A DNA stretch of 53,137 nucleotides, counting the filler, from Sphacelaria rigidula (Eukaryota), in assembly GCA_964200075.2 (NCBI GenBank). It is 2 parts of 2 records of this genome, joined end to end, with 100 filler letters (N's around TTAATTAATTAA, not from the genome) between each part and the next. Parts side by side here need not be neighbours in the genome. Positions count along the whole stretch, not along the records: positions 1 to 26,531 come from CAXNAA020000135.1; positions 26,632 to 53,137 come from CAXNAA020000136.1. One strand, given 5' to 3'. The translations under genes and the position numbers were made by a program. This document shows, piece after piece, positions 24,101 to 36,900 of this stretch. Position 1 is the stretch's first letter. Every line of letters starts with the position of its first letter. Under the pieces are notes generated by a model. That model had not been told where the DNA came from, searched no databases, and saw only the letters and a list, made by a program, of their open reading frames with translations.

Positions 24101-25636
24101 CCCACACCACTCCAAGGCTTTCCCACATCTCGTTTGATGCTGCCAGTTCGCTCCGACCAGACAACGTCCCCGTCGAGTCGTCACCGAGCGCGCTTGGCTT
24201 GAGAGCACGGAGAGGTCCAAAGTTGCCGAATCTCTTTGGCTGGTGAGGTGGTCGGTGTCAACAGCTCCGAGTTTTAGGGAACTGTTAGACACGAACCGTA
24301 CCCACGGCGCCGAAGGCCAAAATCTCGATCGACCTTCGAAAGATGACGTGCTCTTGTTTCTCCTGTAGAAACTCGCTCCCGAAATAAATCCATATAGTAA
24401 TCCGTGGACCACCCGGACCCATACCTTTATTAACTTATCCTCTGTGTGGAAACGAATAGAAATTACCGCTGACCCTAGAATCTTCATCGGAGGTATCGTA
24501 CTATTACTAGGGTTAGCGGACCTCAAAATTCCTGCTGCCTGTCGTTGCAACTCATTTGCTATATTACCCCACGTTACCAACAACGCCCACCACTGTTTCG
24601 ATGCATACCTCCCCCCCCTTCCCCGGTGCCCAGTAACACCGTGACTGGTGAGCGGTGGCTACTCTTGCTGTGGTGCCAAACTTCAGCTTGTACCCAGAGC
24701 TGCTGTGCATCGTTCCTACTCGCTTCGGCTAAAACGGCGTTCGAAGTAGGGGTAGCCCCGGACGGGTGAAATGATCCATACAATGAATTTGCATGCGTAC
24801 CCACCGGGTTAGGTGGAACCTAGTTCCTAGATCGATGCTAAAGAGGCGACGGCAGCGGCGGCAGCAGTTGAGTATGGAATATGTACACTGCTGGTTGCGT
24901 CTGGCCTGGGATGAACAACGTCAACGGAGACCCAGATACTGGAAGTATCCGCTGAAAAAAAGGGAGGAAAGATCGGTTGTGCAAACCGTTGGCCAGGAGG
25001 ACTAAGTAAATTCATCTGCGGCGCTTCAGCGGCGTTTTATTGCCAAGGTACAAAAAAACTACTGGTATTGTCGTGGCGCAGGAAAACTACTGCGGTAGCG
25101 AACGCACAAAAGACTGATGCCAATGAGGAGGTGCGGCAACCTACAGCTGCATGGGAGGGTGCGTCAACCTGCTGCTGCATGGGAATGTGCTTGCACGGGA
25201 AGCTGTTGAACGGATCCCGCCAAGTAGAACGGCTGGGCTCGAGGATTCAAGGGGTTTCCACTCATTTTTTACCGATTTGGGGCTAGCTATATGATAATCG
25301 ACGCGTTAAACCTGCACGCACGTGCCACATAGATGTAAAAACACCGATTGAACAAATTATGGATGATTCATTGCAGTGTATTACAATCTCCATGATTCAA
25401 GAGTCACGAGAGCGGTGTCTGGCAGAAACATTCTCAGTCATCAACGGCGTGAAAAACAATGGAACCAGTAATATGGATAGCAGCGCTTCACCAGCATAAC
25501 GATAGCGAACAAAACAAATAAAGGGGAAGGACAACGAAAAGAACGGCAATATAACCGGACAAAACAGGTTCACGCGTGTGCATTTGGCCAGGGTATCACG
25601 TGTCGGGGACAGCCAGGTATAAATTCATGAACTCCC

Positions 25637-26005
25637 AAGGGAATTCTGGCTCCATGTCAACCTGTTCGAACACACATGGGAAAATCCTGGCTCCCTGTCA
25701 ACCTGTTCGGGCAGCATGGGAATTCCTGGATGCCTGTCGACCTGTTCGAACGCGCATGGGAAAATCCTGGCCCCCCTATCAACCTGTTCGAAAACGCAGG
25801 GGAAATCCTGGATCCATGGCAACTTGTTCGAACACGCATGGGAAACGCCTGCCCCCCTGTCAACCTGTTCGAAAACACATGGGAAATCCTGGCTCCCTTG
25901 TCAATCTGTTCGAACACGCATGGGAAACTCCTGGCCCCCTGTCAACCTGTTCGAACACGCATGGGAAATCCTGGCTCCCTTGTCAACCTGTTCGAACAAG
26001 CATGG
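25637..26005. repeat. Minisatellite, ~9 copies of a ~39-41-bp unit
   Basis: Consensus TGTCAACCTGTTCGAACACGCATGGGAAATCCTGGCTCCC(T), with units starting near 25656, 25697, 25735, 25777, 25817, 25858, 25899, 25940 and 25981. Confidence 0.95.
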
Positions 26006-26531
26006 TCTTGGCATCTTGAGCTTTCGTCCTCGCCCATTTTCCTGTATGCAATCAAATCCTGCTTGTTCGCTGCGTATGGTGCAAGCATATATATATATAT
26101 ATATATGCTTCATACAACTTTCTCGTTCATCTATTCGATGTCTGGCTTGTGTGTTAGCAACTTGCATAGTCTCCACGATAAACACACGAGTCGTTCATTA
26201 CAAGTTGACAACTGCCATCAGATAGATTATTTCCGGCGTAAATCTCGCCCAAGGAATGTGTGGAACCCATGGACTCTCAAGACCAGAAAAATCTAGCCCT
26301 GCCCCGGGGACGGTCAAAGCGCACAGGGAGACGATCATCTTTGAATTGATTGTCGAAGCACGCGCATGTAGACGGTCATTTTTTAATGGATTGTCAGAGC
26401 GTGCACAAGTAAACGGTCATCTTCGAATTAACAGTGAGTCCTAGAAAATGGGGTTCATACAAAAAATGAGGTTGAAGTGGCATTTCTCTTTTGCAGGGAA
26501 AACGCGAAAAACTTGCGACCGAGCGAAGCCA

Positions 26532-26631
26532 NNNNNNNNNNNNNNNNNNNNNNNNNNNNNNNNNNNNNNNNNNNNTTAATTAATTAANNNNNNNNNNNNN
26601 NNNNNNNNNNNNNNNNNNNNNNNNNNNNNNN
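26532..26631. other. Assembly gap with artificial linker (44 N + TTAATTAATTAA + 44 N)
   Basis: The block is exactly 100 bases and symmetric. The palindromic 12-mer gives stop codons in all six frames, as in scaffolding linkers. Confidence 0.95.
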
Positions 26632-27983
26632 GAGGTCAATGGTCATATGACTATGGCATGCATGGTCATGAGTACCCCCCACCTCCGGAGAATGAAGATC
26701 CCGCAGTACGGAGTGATGTCGTGAATCGAATGACTTATCTCTCGAAAGATCTTGTCGGTATCACCTCAAGGATCATGTCGATATCCTTCCCAATACGATT
26801 GTCAAGCGAGACAGCAGTCGATTGACAAGATCATTACCAGCAGTGCGACCTTGCATACTCTGTCAAGATTGTCGATATAGCTCGAGATGGAGGAGAAATC
26901 CCTCCTCCATGTTCTTCTGGCTCAATGACCTTGGTTGAAAACGCCGTTCGGCATAACACAGGCCGGAAATCTGCGAGGCATCGTACCGCAGCACTGAAGT
27001 GCTGTCTGTTCTGTACGAGAGTACAACAACACACGATAGTAAAATACAGTACGCGAAGATCCAGAATGCCGCATCTTGGTTACTCGCGCCAATTTCATAT
27101 TCCGCAACCGAGTGCACCCGTTTTTGATAAGCACGTGAATACAGACAAACTGCAGTATGAAGCAGAGGTAGCACAGCTGGGGGTGTAATCTCGTTGTTCG
27201 AGTTCAACGACTGACGAGCAGGTGTTGTTCAGTCAGAAAGGATACTACTGTACTGTCAAAAACACTGAACAGGAGTATGTCTAGTCTGTACACAAGTGAC
27301 AAACCGACACATTTCAAATCTCCTACGCTACGCCTCGTGATGTATTGTACTGTACCCTGCTGCACTTCAGACTTATCTGCCATGTATCTACCTGTCCTGC
27401 TACTGCAGTGAGTATGGCAACCGTGGTGTCTATTCGAGGTCTGTTTTGTACTTGTGGCTGCGACGTATCCTACTATCAGGTTGTTTGCCGGTCGCCACTT
27501 GCACGCAAGAATATCCAGCAATACTCAAGCCCTTCTCCCCAACCCCTAATCCCTGTTTATCGGAGAGTACACGCCTCGGCCAGGAAGCATGTAGAACAAG
27601 CAACAAGCCGCAGCACATCCCCCTTCCCCGTTCAGTCACTCTCTCTCAACTGCAGTTCGACGCTACAGCCACAAAAGCGTGACGAAAGTCGGTCACTGGA
27701 CAAGGTATAACAAGTCATCGCTTTTGTTTTACTGTTGTCCTCGGTTGAAGGTCGTTTATACCACTGGGTCCAGCAACTGAAACCTTGCTCGAAGTTGATG
27801 GTGAACTCGAGAGGGAACACGCTGAACCTGAATTACTTGGGTTTGGTGTAACGAGAAGCTTGGCTACGTAATTACTCGAGTTCAGTACAGAGCACGAAAG
27901 CTGGACCACCTGCCAGGCTTTTGAGGGCACTGCGGACAAGAGTTGGGATAGCAGCACCGCACGTCACAAGCACATTGACGACC

Positions 27984-30900
27984 ATGCATCCAGACGCGTT
28001 GGATGCGCGGCGACTTGCCCGAAACCTGGCAAATGAGATCCCTGAGGCCACTCACCTTCCTGCCCTGGCGAGTGTGCTCAACACACCATCCCCAACCATC
28101 CCCACCACCGACGGAAACAACACGAGCCTGCAATCCCTCCTAGACCTCGCGGCAGAGCTGATCTTGGAGCCTGAGCACACCCTGAGGGTGGCCCGGGCCA
28201 CTCGCCCGTTGCTACTCGACGTCGTGGCTCGCGCGTTGTCTGGACTACGAAATAGTCGTCCCGCTGTGGTGGGTGCCGTGACTCCGGTAGAGCAGGCCGA
28301 AGTTATGCTGATTGTCATGAGTCGCCTACTCCCGGCGGCGCCGCATTGCTTGCCCCTCGCGTTGGATCACTGGAGGTGTTCGATATGTCCATTTGAGTGT
28401 CTTCGAGCGCCTGGAGGGAGATCAGTCGATGAAGGTGTGTGTTGTGTGCTGGGGAGGGTGAATATGGTCTGAGTTGATTTGCAGGGTATCATGTGCTGAT
28501 GTGAGCTCTGTGACATGGGAGCCTAACTGTAGGGTCCTTGTCTATACAGTTTGTAGGGTACTGTTTCACGAAGTGTACAGTAATTGAATGTCACGGCTGT
28601 GAAACACGTGAACCGTGAGCGGCCTACTGCGACAAAAGTATGTCGCAGAGGAGTAGCGTAGGTGGGCGTTGCATTTATGTACTGCTGTTATTTTGCGTTG
28701 GGCGCTCTTTCGACATCGGTGACGTAAAATCCTGGATCGTGTGCAAAAGATTGCAAAAGATTTTGCCCTGTGCTGGCTCTTTCGTCGACATGATCACTAG
28801 CGTTGTATACCCAGTCTGCGCTACACACCACTCATATAATAATTTGATTGGCTCACAACACTTGAAAGAGGAGGCTACAGCAACCCGCAGCTGGATGGTC
28901 TGGGTTTGTGGCTTCACGATAAAATCGTCATCCCTCAACGAGTTGTGTCCTGGCGAAGGATTGGATAGCCGTGAGCTTTTTATTTGTGACAGTTGTGGCA
29001 GACATGTGTTGGTCCAAGATCACGGACGATGCTGTACTGTGAGGTATACATCAGTGGTGGGCCGGCATGAGCATATACGTGAAACAAGCAACTACCGTCT
29101 GTTGTTGCATGGTGCGCGTGCTCATCCTACACCCACGAGGCGATTTTTTACCAAGAAACCTTGCTCCGAAAACGCAACCTCATCACGATCGTCAATGATC
29201 GGTTCATTGAAACCAATTCGAATGTCGACGAAGTCTGTAAGTAGACCAGTGACGCCAGAAAAAATTAGCAGTACACATGAGTACGTGAGCGCCGACAGAA
29301 AATGCCGAATTACTATGGACGGTAAAATGTGGTGCCATTTGCAAAAATGCCTCCTTACAACCCTTCGCTGCCGGCCGTTGTACTGTCTTATCATGGTGAA
29401 ACTCCCGTCTCTACCCGAAATTTAGATGGTGAATCTCCGCCCACGGTCAAAGAAGAGCAGGGAGAAGAAAAGATTATGCGGCGAGTGCACGCGGTTACAG
29501 AGGCAGCCCACAAGCTTTTGTCCTCCAACGTAGCCGGAAGCTGCCTCCGTAGGCTATGGAACTGGGCCCCCTTCTTCGACCTCTGCCGACACGAGAACAT
29601 CCTCGTTCGTTGGCGCGCCGTCCGAGTTGTTTCGTTCCTCCTTGACCTTGACGAACGCGGGCGGCGCGACCTGTTGATGGCCGCCGGCGCGTACGAACAT
29701 TGCGGTGGCGCTACTGTCGGTGCTCCGGCAGGGGCACCCTTCCAGTCGTCCCGCTCTTCTCGTGGTGATGGCGCTGCCGAGGAGAGCGACAAATATATCC
29801 TTCTTGAGGCTGGACTGGACCTTGACGATGACTTGCGAACCGCGCGATCCGCTCTCTTGCGCCCAAATTTATGTCCCGATGGTGACTGCCTGCGCTCGCC
29901 ACAACAATCATCCCCTGGGCATGAGTACAAGGGCGGCGGGGTGGACGCTGATGATTCGATCACACTACCTACAGGACTCGCCACTGCCACCGCAACAGCA
30001 GCAGATTCGACCCCCGGGCTAGAACCAGACGTCTTGTACAATCATCATGCTGCCGTAGCTGACATCGGTGGTATTCTGCACCCCGCCACAACGCCAACAA
30101 CGGACGAGAAGCGAGTACCCGCGGCGGGCCGTGCTGCCTCCGCTGGTGCGGCCCGAGTCGCACGGTTTGTCCGCACTCCATCGGCGCGACGAAACCTGGC
30201 CTCTTTATCCCTGGCCATGACTGTCCAGCGGCCAATCCTGCTGCATGGCCCGGCCGGATCGGGCAAGAGCTTGCTCGCCAGGGAAGCTGCCCGACTCGCT
30301 GCCAGCGGTGGCCGTGGTGGTGGGGTTGGACAAACAGTGGCGGCGACTTCCACAATGCTGGAGCTACACCTTGACGACCAGACGGACAGTAAGTCGTTGC
30401 TCGGTGCACACGCGTGCACCGACGTACCCGGAGAGTTCGCGTGGCGGCCAGGGGCTTTGACGCGTGCCGCAGCGGCTGGAACCTGGGTGTTGATCGAAGA
30501 TGTCGACCGGGCTCCGTTTGAGGTAAAGTAATTCTCCCTGTTTTTTGGAGGGTGCCAAGGTTGTCAGGACGCGTGAGGCGCATGACCACATCGTATCGCT
30601 GTTGCACGGACATGCGGGCAAGTGTTCATTCATTCCTACTAATCATTGGCATTTTTTGCCGCATCTTCCATTCCCACCCCACGACATGCATGCACCCGAC
30701 ATCCGAGTTTTGCTCAGCTATCCACGAAAATATCTGTCCCTTCGTTCTATTTATTCAGGTGCTGGCGGCGCTGGGTCCGTTGCTTGAAGGGCGACCGCTG
30801 ACCATCCCTGGGCGACAGAAACCTTTGATTGCGGCGCCGGGTTTTAGAGTGTTTGGAACGGTCACGACTTACGGACCTGGTCGAGTCGTTCTAGGGGGTG

Positions 30901-33900
30901 CTGCAGACTTCGGTGCGCTTTGGACGCATGTGAGAGATGAAAGCATTTCCCACGCAACCATACAAATGAAGAGCACCTGGAACCTGTGGCTGTTTCTCAC
31001 TTCACTGCCGTTTCATTAACGGTTGGAGATGTCGGGGGATGGTACTATGAAGTCGAAACAAACATACAAGTCGAAGCAAACATCGAGATGTACTGATATC
31101 GCGCACGCTCTCGTTTGACACGAAAAAACATGCAGGTCCCTGTCGAGCCCTTATCGGTGCCCGAAATGCTTGGAGTGGCAAGGGTTCGCTACCCGACTTT
31201 ACCCGCCCAAGTGGCTGGGCGCTTGCTTGATACCATGCTGTCGGCATCAGGGGAAGCATTCAGCAACGGCCGGGGAAGCAACGCCTCGTCGTCAACGTTC
31301 ATTGTTTCCAGTGCCGGAGGTGGTCGAGAGCCCGGCGTGCGAGATTTTTTCAAGCTCTGCGCAAGGGTGGAACGGCTAGCCCTGTTCGACGATAACCAGA
31401 GTTCGAGTAAAGTCCACCCGCGGCCGGTGTCCTTGGTCACTGACGAGCGCGATGAACAGGTTCGCGGCCACGATGAAGGCGGCGAGGATTCGTGGTTTTG
31501 CAGTGAGGAGCAGGCGGTGTCTGTGATTTCGGAATCGTTGGATGTGTTCGCGGGCCACCTCACAACAAAGGTACCCCGTGTTGAACATATTTCTATTTTT
31601 TGACGGATCTTGCCAAGTCCTTCCAGTACTTTGCTGATGAAAGCATTACTTTTCGAATGTTGGCCGGATTGTGCACACAAGCGTCGGGGATGATTTCAAC
31701 GGCGAATAAAAAGCCGAACATGAAATACTTTATGTAGATCTGGATCGCCACCGACAAATGAGGCGATGAGATGAAGAATGTATTTCGAGAAGCGGTAACG
31801 ACACTGAATGAACCGCCCTTGATCAACCTCGATGCTTTGCGTGCGCACTTTTCCCTACAGGGTGCAGCAGCTAACGCGGCAGAGGTTCTGGCAGGACAGT
31901 GGAACGTACTTCCTTCCAAGGCGGTCGACCTCGCAACCACACGCAGGCCCGAGCTCATGCAGGGACAACACTACCTGCGTGTAGGCCGGGTAACACTTCC
32001 TCGGGTAGCTAAGGTATGTTGCTTGACTGTCTTTACACCGTTGGGTGACTGTTCATGATGAGCGTGGTGTCACACGGTGGACCCATGACCCGTTGACCTT
32101 GCTTGGCACAATTTTCAAAATTATAGCAAGGGTCAGCATCGTAAAATCGTGTTGCGCCACAAGTTGAAGTTGCGATTGTTCCCGAACAAGAGGCGCCAAG
32201 CTAAAGCCATCGAAAAAGGAGCCAACCGCCCTCAACGTGAATATCTCACCGTGGTCACTCCGTCTACTCCATGATGGGTGGTTGTATGTTAACACTATTC
32301 TATCAAAACTCGTTGACCTCATGTCTCCTTTTCGCCCCGGTTCCCCGTGTCGTGTCGCATCCTCCTGTCAGGTTGCCGCTTCCGCCGCGTCAGCCTCGTT
32401 CTCCCCCACGTCACACGCCCTCCGTCTCATGGAAGCCGTGGCAGCATCGGTGCAAGCCTGCGAACCGGTTCTACTGGTATGTGAGGCTTGCTGAGTGTGT
32501 CCACGGTCATGCGTGAGATCGGACCTCAGTGTAGGCGTTGGTGATATTGGCGAGATTGTGTTCTGTGGGATATACCCCAATAACCCCCGACCCCGACTTT
32601 CGAGTATATCCCACTGAATATGGCCTTGAATTACTGAGTTATGTCAACCCTTTGAACGTCGAATTACTCGACATTCAAGAACCGGAACTCGTGCCCATGT
32701 GCTCTGAGTTTGGAGGTTCAGTTTACGCTCAGTTCACGTTGAACTCTCGTCACGCCTGTCGTCACCCGCCACGAGCTATTCTCGATGAAGATATGCAGCC
32801 GACACGACGGTTGGTACGCACTTGATGCTACTGTCAGGTCGGTGAGACGGGCTGCGGTAAAACGGCCCTCGTACAACGCCTGGCGGAAGGCACAGGTCGG
32901 CAGCTCATCGTGCAGAATCTTTCATTGCAGACGGATGGTGCTGATCTCCTCGGCGGATTCAGGCCCGTTGAGCTGCGCAAGCTAGCTCAGGTGAAGCAAC
33001 ATGTTGCAAATAGTTATCATGCGATTTCACCAAGAAAGTCGAGTGCTTGCACGTAACATTCATGAAACATGGAGGCGAATTCATCAGTATCACGGGTACT
33101 GTGACGTTGGTCGATGAAATGAGACGGAACGTCGACTTTCACTCGAATCTCAACATGCCCGTCCACCAAGACCGACCACATGCAACAAATTGGTCGGAAC
33201 GTCTTTTTCCCAAGAATAGCCACAAAACAAACCTTGAAAGCAAAGCACTAATAATCCCTCGCCACGACTTGATTTACACCCACGTCTGGGGAGTTTCATG
33301 CCAGTGCAACAGCAACGTAGTGCCCTTATGGTTGAGGGCCCGGGCGGATCACTTTGTCCCTCAGCAAGGCTTTTACAGCCCCCAGCTGCGGGATCATTGT
33401 ATCGTCCCACATGTGAGTCAACTGAAGGACCGACTCGTGAGCAATTAGAGTGGACACGGTGTGCGCATGCATGCGGAGAATACATTGTAAAGCGTTCCCA
33501 TCCCGATCTTCCTGTCCCATGAAGCGATTTTGCATTTATTGCCGTTGCAAAGCTCTTCCTTTTGCCCGACGTTGAACGATGAAGGTGTATATGAAATTGG
33601 ACGAATCTCACAGACCTCAGCTATCAACGATTTGACCGCAGTCCCGTCATGGTGGGAACAAGGGGAGCGATTTTTTCCTCCTGGACGTGTGTAGCAGTCA
33701 ACTTACTCGTTACTGTCGTACCCAATGATGTATCCTTCCTCTTCTGCGCACGGCGCGTGGTGCGTTGTACCGCAGGATGTCTTGACGGACTTCCTGAGGA
33801 TATTTCCTCAGCTGTTTAGTGCTAGCCAAAACGTGAGGTTCTGCCAAGCCATCACGTCTTCCTTTGAGCGGAGGCAGTGGAAGCGACTGTCGGCGGGGCT

Positions 33901-36900
33901 CAGGAACGCCGCCAAGATGGCCAATGAGAAGGTACTCATGGTCTCCCGGCAAAACACGGTGTCCCCAGACATGATTTTCCTTCTTTTCTCGCTTCACCTG
34001 GTTGAACATCAGGGGTGTGTAAAGTGCGGCGTGAGCGCTTGCTCGAACGACACAACGATGTTCGGTAAAATGTAAACATTCAACGTGTGTCTTGGGCCGT
34101 TTTTACAGTGTTGTAATGGATTCTTTAGGAATGAATATTTGAGCTATTCATGGCGTATTTGATGACGGAATACGACCCTTGGAGGATTCAGCCTCCTTGG
34201 AAAGATTTGCTATTCTCTCCGACGAGATCGTAGCGCACTTTTCTGTTTTTTCGTGCATCCAGTTGTATTTTGGATCGTATTCCGGCTTTCTCCACACCCC
34301 CGACATGAGACATGGTTGCGAGGTGTGCTCCGCACGATATTGACCTCCTTGTCTGATGCAACGATGAAATCCGTACTAAACGCAGTGCCCTACGCGACAA
34401 ACTAATTTACTGTCCAGGGTGGCCACAAGTGACCCCATCAGTAGACACGAGACGAACGTTTGCAGTCAAATGCTCCGTCTGATGCTTTGCGCGCAATCGG
34501 AAGGTCGAAATGATGTGAACGAAATACTGTAATCGATGCCGGAAAGCGGATGGGGAGCGTTTAGCGCTGAAACCGCACTCGCCCACCTATCCTCTTCCTC
34601 CTCTCCGGCATCATTTTCCTGGAGAAGTATGCCTCCTGATCGACTTTCGACCGTGAACGCAACAGGATAGATGGTATTATTTACAATGCCGAGTGTGTAT
34701 CCGTCCAGCATGCTCCCCCGGTCCCCCCAGTCATGAACTGTTGGAGGGGAAGAGCCGCTGTACCCTTGTGGAACAAATCTGTCGAGTACTTGAGTACCCG
34801 CAGACTGAAATACAGCTTTTACCCAGGAACCTCCTGCTGCCCGTGTGACTCGTCTCGGAACGCGTAATATTCATTTCATAACGCTGCTTACCCCCTCCCT
34901 AGCTGGACCGGGGCGCATCGGAGGAGAAAGCAGGAACACCTGTGGAGCGCTCTGGAACTGTGAGCAATAAAAGTCGGCGGTCGAACAGCCCTGGCGGAAT
35001 GACCAGTCCCTCGGGTCAGCGGCGGAGTTGGGAGCGGTTCAGTGCCGACGCGGAGCGATTCGAGAAGCAGAGGTGACGTCCGTAAGAATTTCAAGTGTTG
35101 GAATGATATTGACTGAGGGTAAACCAGTGCTGTTCGGACCGGTGGTGTCGAAACATTTAGGTGATTATGATGGTCGAATGTTTAAGTTGAGGGTTACCAC
35201 AAACGCGGGGCGTGCTGTTCTGATGCGAACGTCAGTTGGGACAGGAGCTGGGCTAATGATTACTAGAAAAGAAGTTGGGCTAATGACAGGAGCTGGGCTA
35301 ATGAGAACTAAATCTTCCCTGGGCTGGAGGAAGACAACACAATTTGTGCTGAAGCCTGGCTTATCTCGTTACCCCGGATGAATCTGGATGTGCACTGCAG
35401 TAAAATGGTCTCGGGAGATGATATACTCGGCATCGAGGTTGACTCACCCGTGGCGTCATGCTGCCTTGCTGATTCTGTCGTTGATCATGTTAGGATGGCT
35501 GTGGAGGGATCGTTTGCCTTCTCCTTCGTGGAGGGGGTTCTGGTGAAGGCAATCAGAGAGGGCGGGTGGGTACTTCTCGACGAGATCAACTTGGCTTCTG
35601 CAGAGACCCTGCAGCGGCTTTCTGGCCTTCTAGAGGTGAGTCCGTGTACTGTTTCGTGACTTTGTTTCACGACCAGCAATGAGCAGGTGTTGCCGAATGG
35701 GGATGGGACAAATTATGCGAGTACGGAAGTGATGTCACTTAACCAGCTACTCTGAACGCAGGCGCTTAGTCTCGTCGCAAGCTTGGCTTTCCCTCGTGAG
35801 AGACCCGGCCAGTGTAGACTCTTTTACTAGAAACGGCTGATCCGCTTCGCTGCCATCGCCACAGCCTCCGCTGAGAATTAACACGTAAATTCTTGATTTC
35901 TTACACCCTGATCGGTAAAGGTCGAGTCTATTTGAGATTCTTCGGGCGTCCCCCAACGATCCTGCCCTGATCTGGCCGCCCCACATGCGACCTTCACGTC
36001 GTCGGCCGGGTCATCTGTCATCGCCCAACACGGCGATAGTTGTTTTGTCGTTGAGCCGTCTCGACGAGCGACACGAGAGACGAGTCGCTGTGCGCAGCAC
36101 AAGATATGATTCGCTGTGCGACGATGATATACTGCAAATTTTGTTTCGTGTGGGCCAAACTTCACAGCCTTGACTGATGGTTTTGAAATTGTGTATGGAA
36201 TTTCTTGACATGTTGACGGCTTCAGTTGTCCCACTCCCACCCCTCCACAGGGAGCGGAGGGCAGCTTGTGTCTGACGGAAAGGGGCGACGTTGACCCTGT
36301 CGTACGACATGAAGACTTTCGACTGTTCGCAGCCATGAACCCCCCGACGGACGCTTCGAAAAAAGATCTTCCACCAGCTCTTCGTCGAAGGTGCGAGCTG
36401 GAACTTATGCACTGAAGAAGCGATGATATCTTACCGCAACCACCCTGTGCATTCCTGAAGTGCTTGCTGGGTAGTGGTCCGCGCATTTATTATGCTGACG
36501 GCACGAGCCGGGCCACCAGCAAGACCTGCATTCTCTATACGGACCACATTCCTTCGAGCTCCCCAAACCAGCGCGACATGGGCGAATCGCTGAGGAGGGC
36601 AAATGAATACGGTGGGAAAATGATGGAATCGTCCTGCGTTACATATGACTACAATGACTGACGAGGGGGAGAAATCTATCGGGGTTTGACCTCATGCCTA
36701 CACAAATCGGGTCTGTTGAATCACGGGGATTGAACCGGCGAAGCTGTGTCCCGAAAATCGACGTGTGGCCCACAAATCGAGGCACTCGTGACGGAAATTG
36801 ACCAGGATGTACTGGACGCGAGTGCTAGGAGTTCGGGGTGCGCAGTCGTTTTCGTCGATTTTTCACGGAATTGATTGTCTTCCCTATCTTTTCCCTGAAC

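Larger units (their letters stand above)
20027..25000 (-). mobile_element. Degenerate, 5'-truncated Ty3/gypsy LTR retrotransposon (protease-RT-RNase H-integrase order)
   Basis: Minus-strand fragments with many stops and frameshifts. Protease-like: VRVVHGLLYGFISGASF (~24400). RT start: STLAWAAACVTVRKKDG..RGLN..KYATSVDLTNGFLQLEV (~24010-23790). Integrase HHCC: AIPRSLVPGLLALVHTAHGHAGV..DTRKYVLSCECRRRKR (~22530-22350). rve core: GNKYLLFVMDRATKF..SDAGEEF..QGAVER..WDEYLNPAVWIH (~22260-21900). C-terminal W-rich segment at ~21360-21250. No 5' LTR seen; the 5' boundary is approximate. Confidence 0.88.

Noticed and set aside
25576..26296. CRISPR array, or repeat proteins from ORFs open in several frames
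   Set aside because: The units are contiguous with no spacers. The ORFs are by-products of a stop-poor minisatellite whose period is mostly not a multiple of 3.
26576..26587. Palindromic TTAATTAATTAA as a biological site
   Set aside because: It is centred in Ns and is an assembly linker.
28640..29425. 261-aa plus-strand ORF
   Set aside because: It lies within midasin intron 1. Exons 1 and 2 join in phase without it, and it has no recognisable motifs.
29391..30613. Long antisense ORFs (also 48436-49131 and 15101-16099)
   Set aside because: They are shadows of GC-rich coding exons on the opposite strand.
35241..35304. Three short GGGCTAATGA repeats in midasin intron 9
   Set aside because: Short local slippage duplication with no supporting structure.
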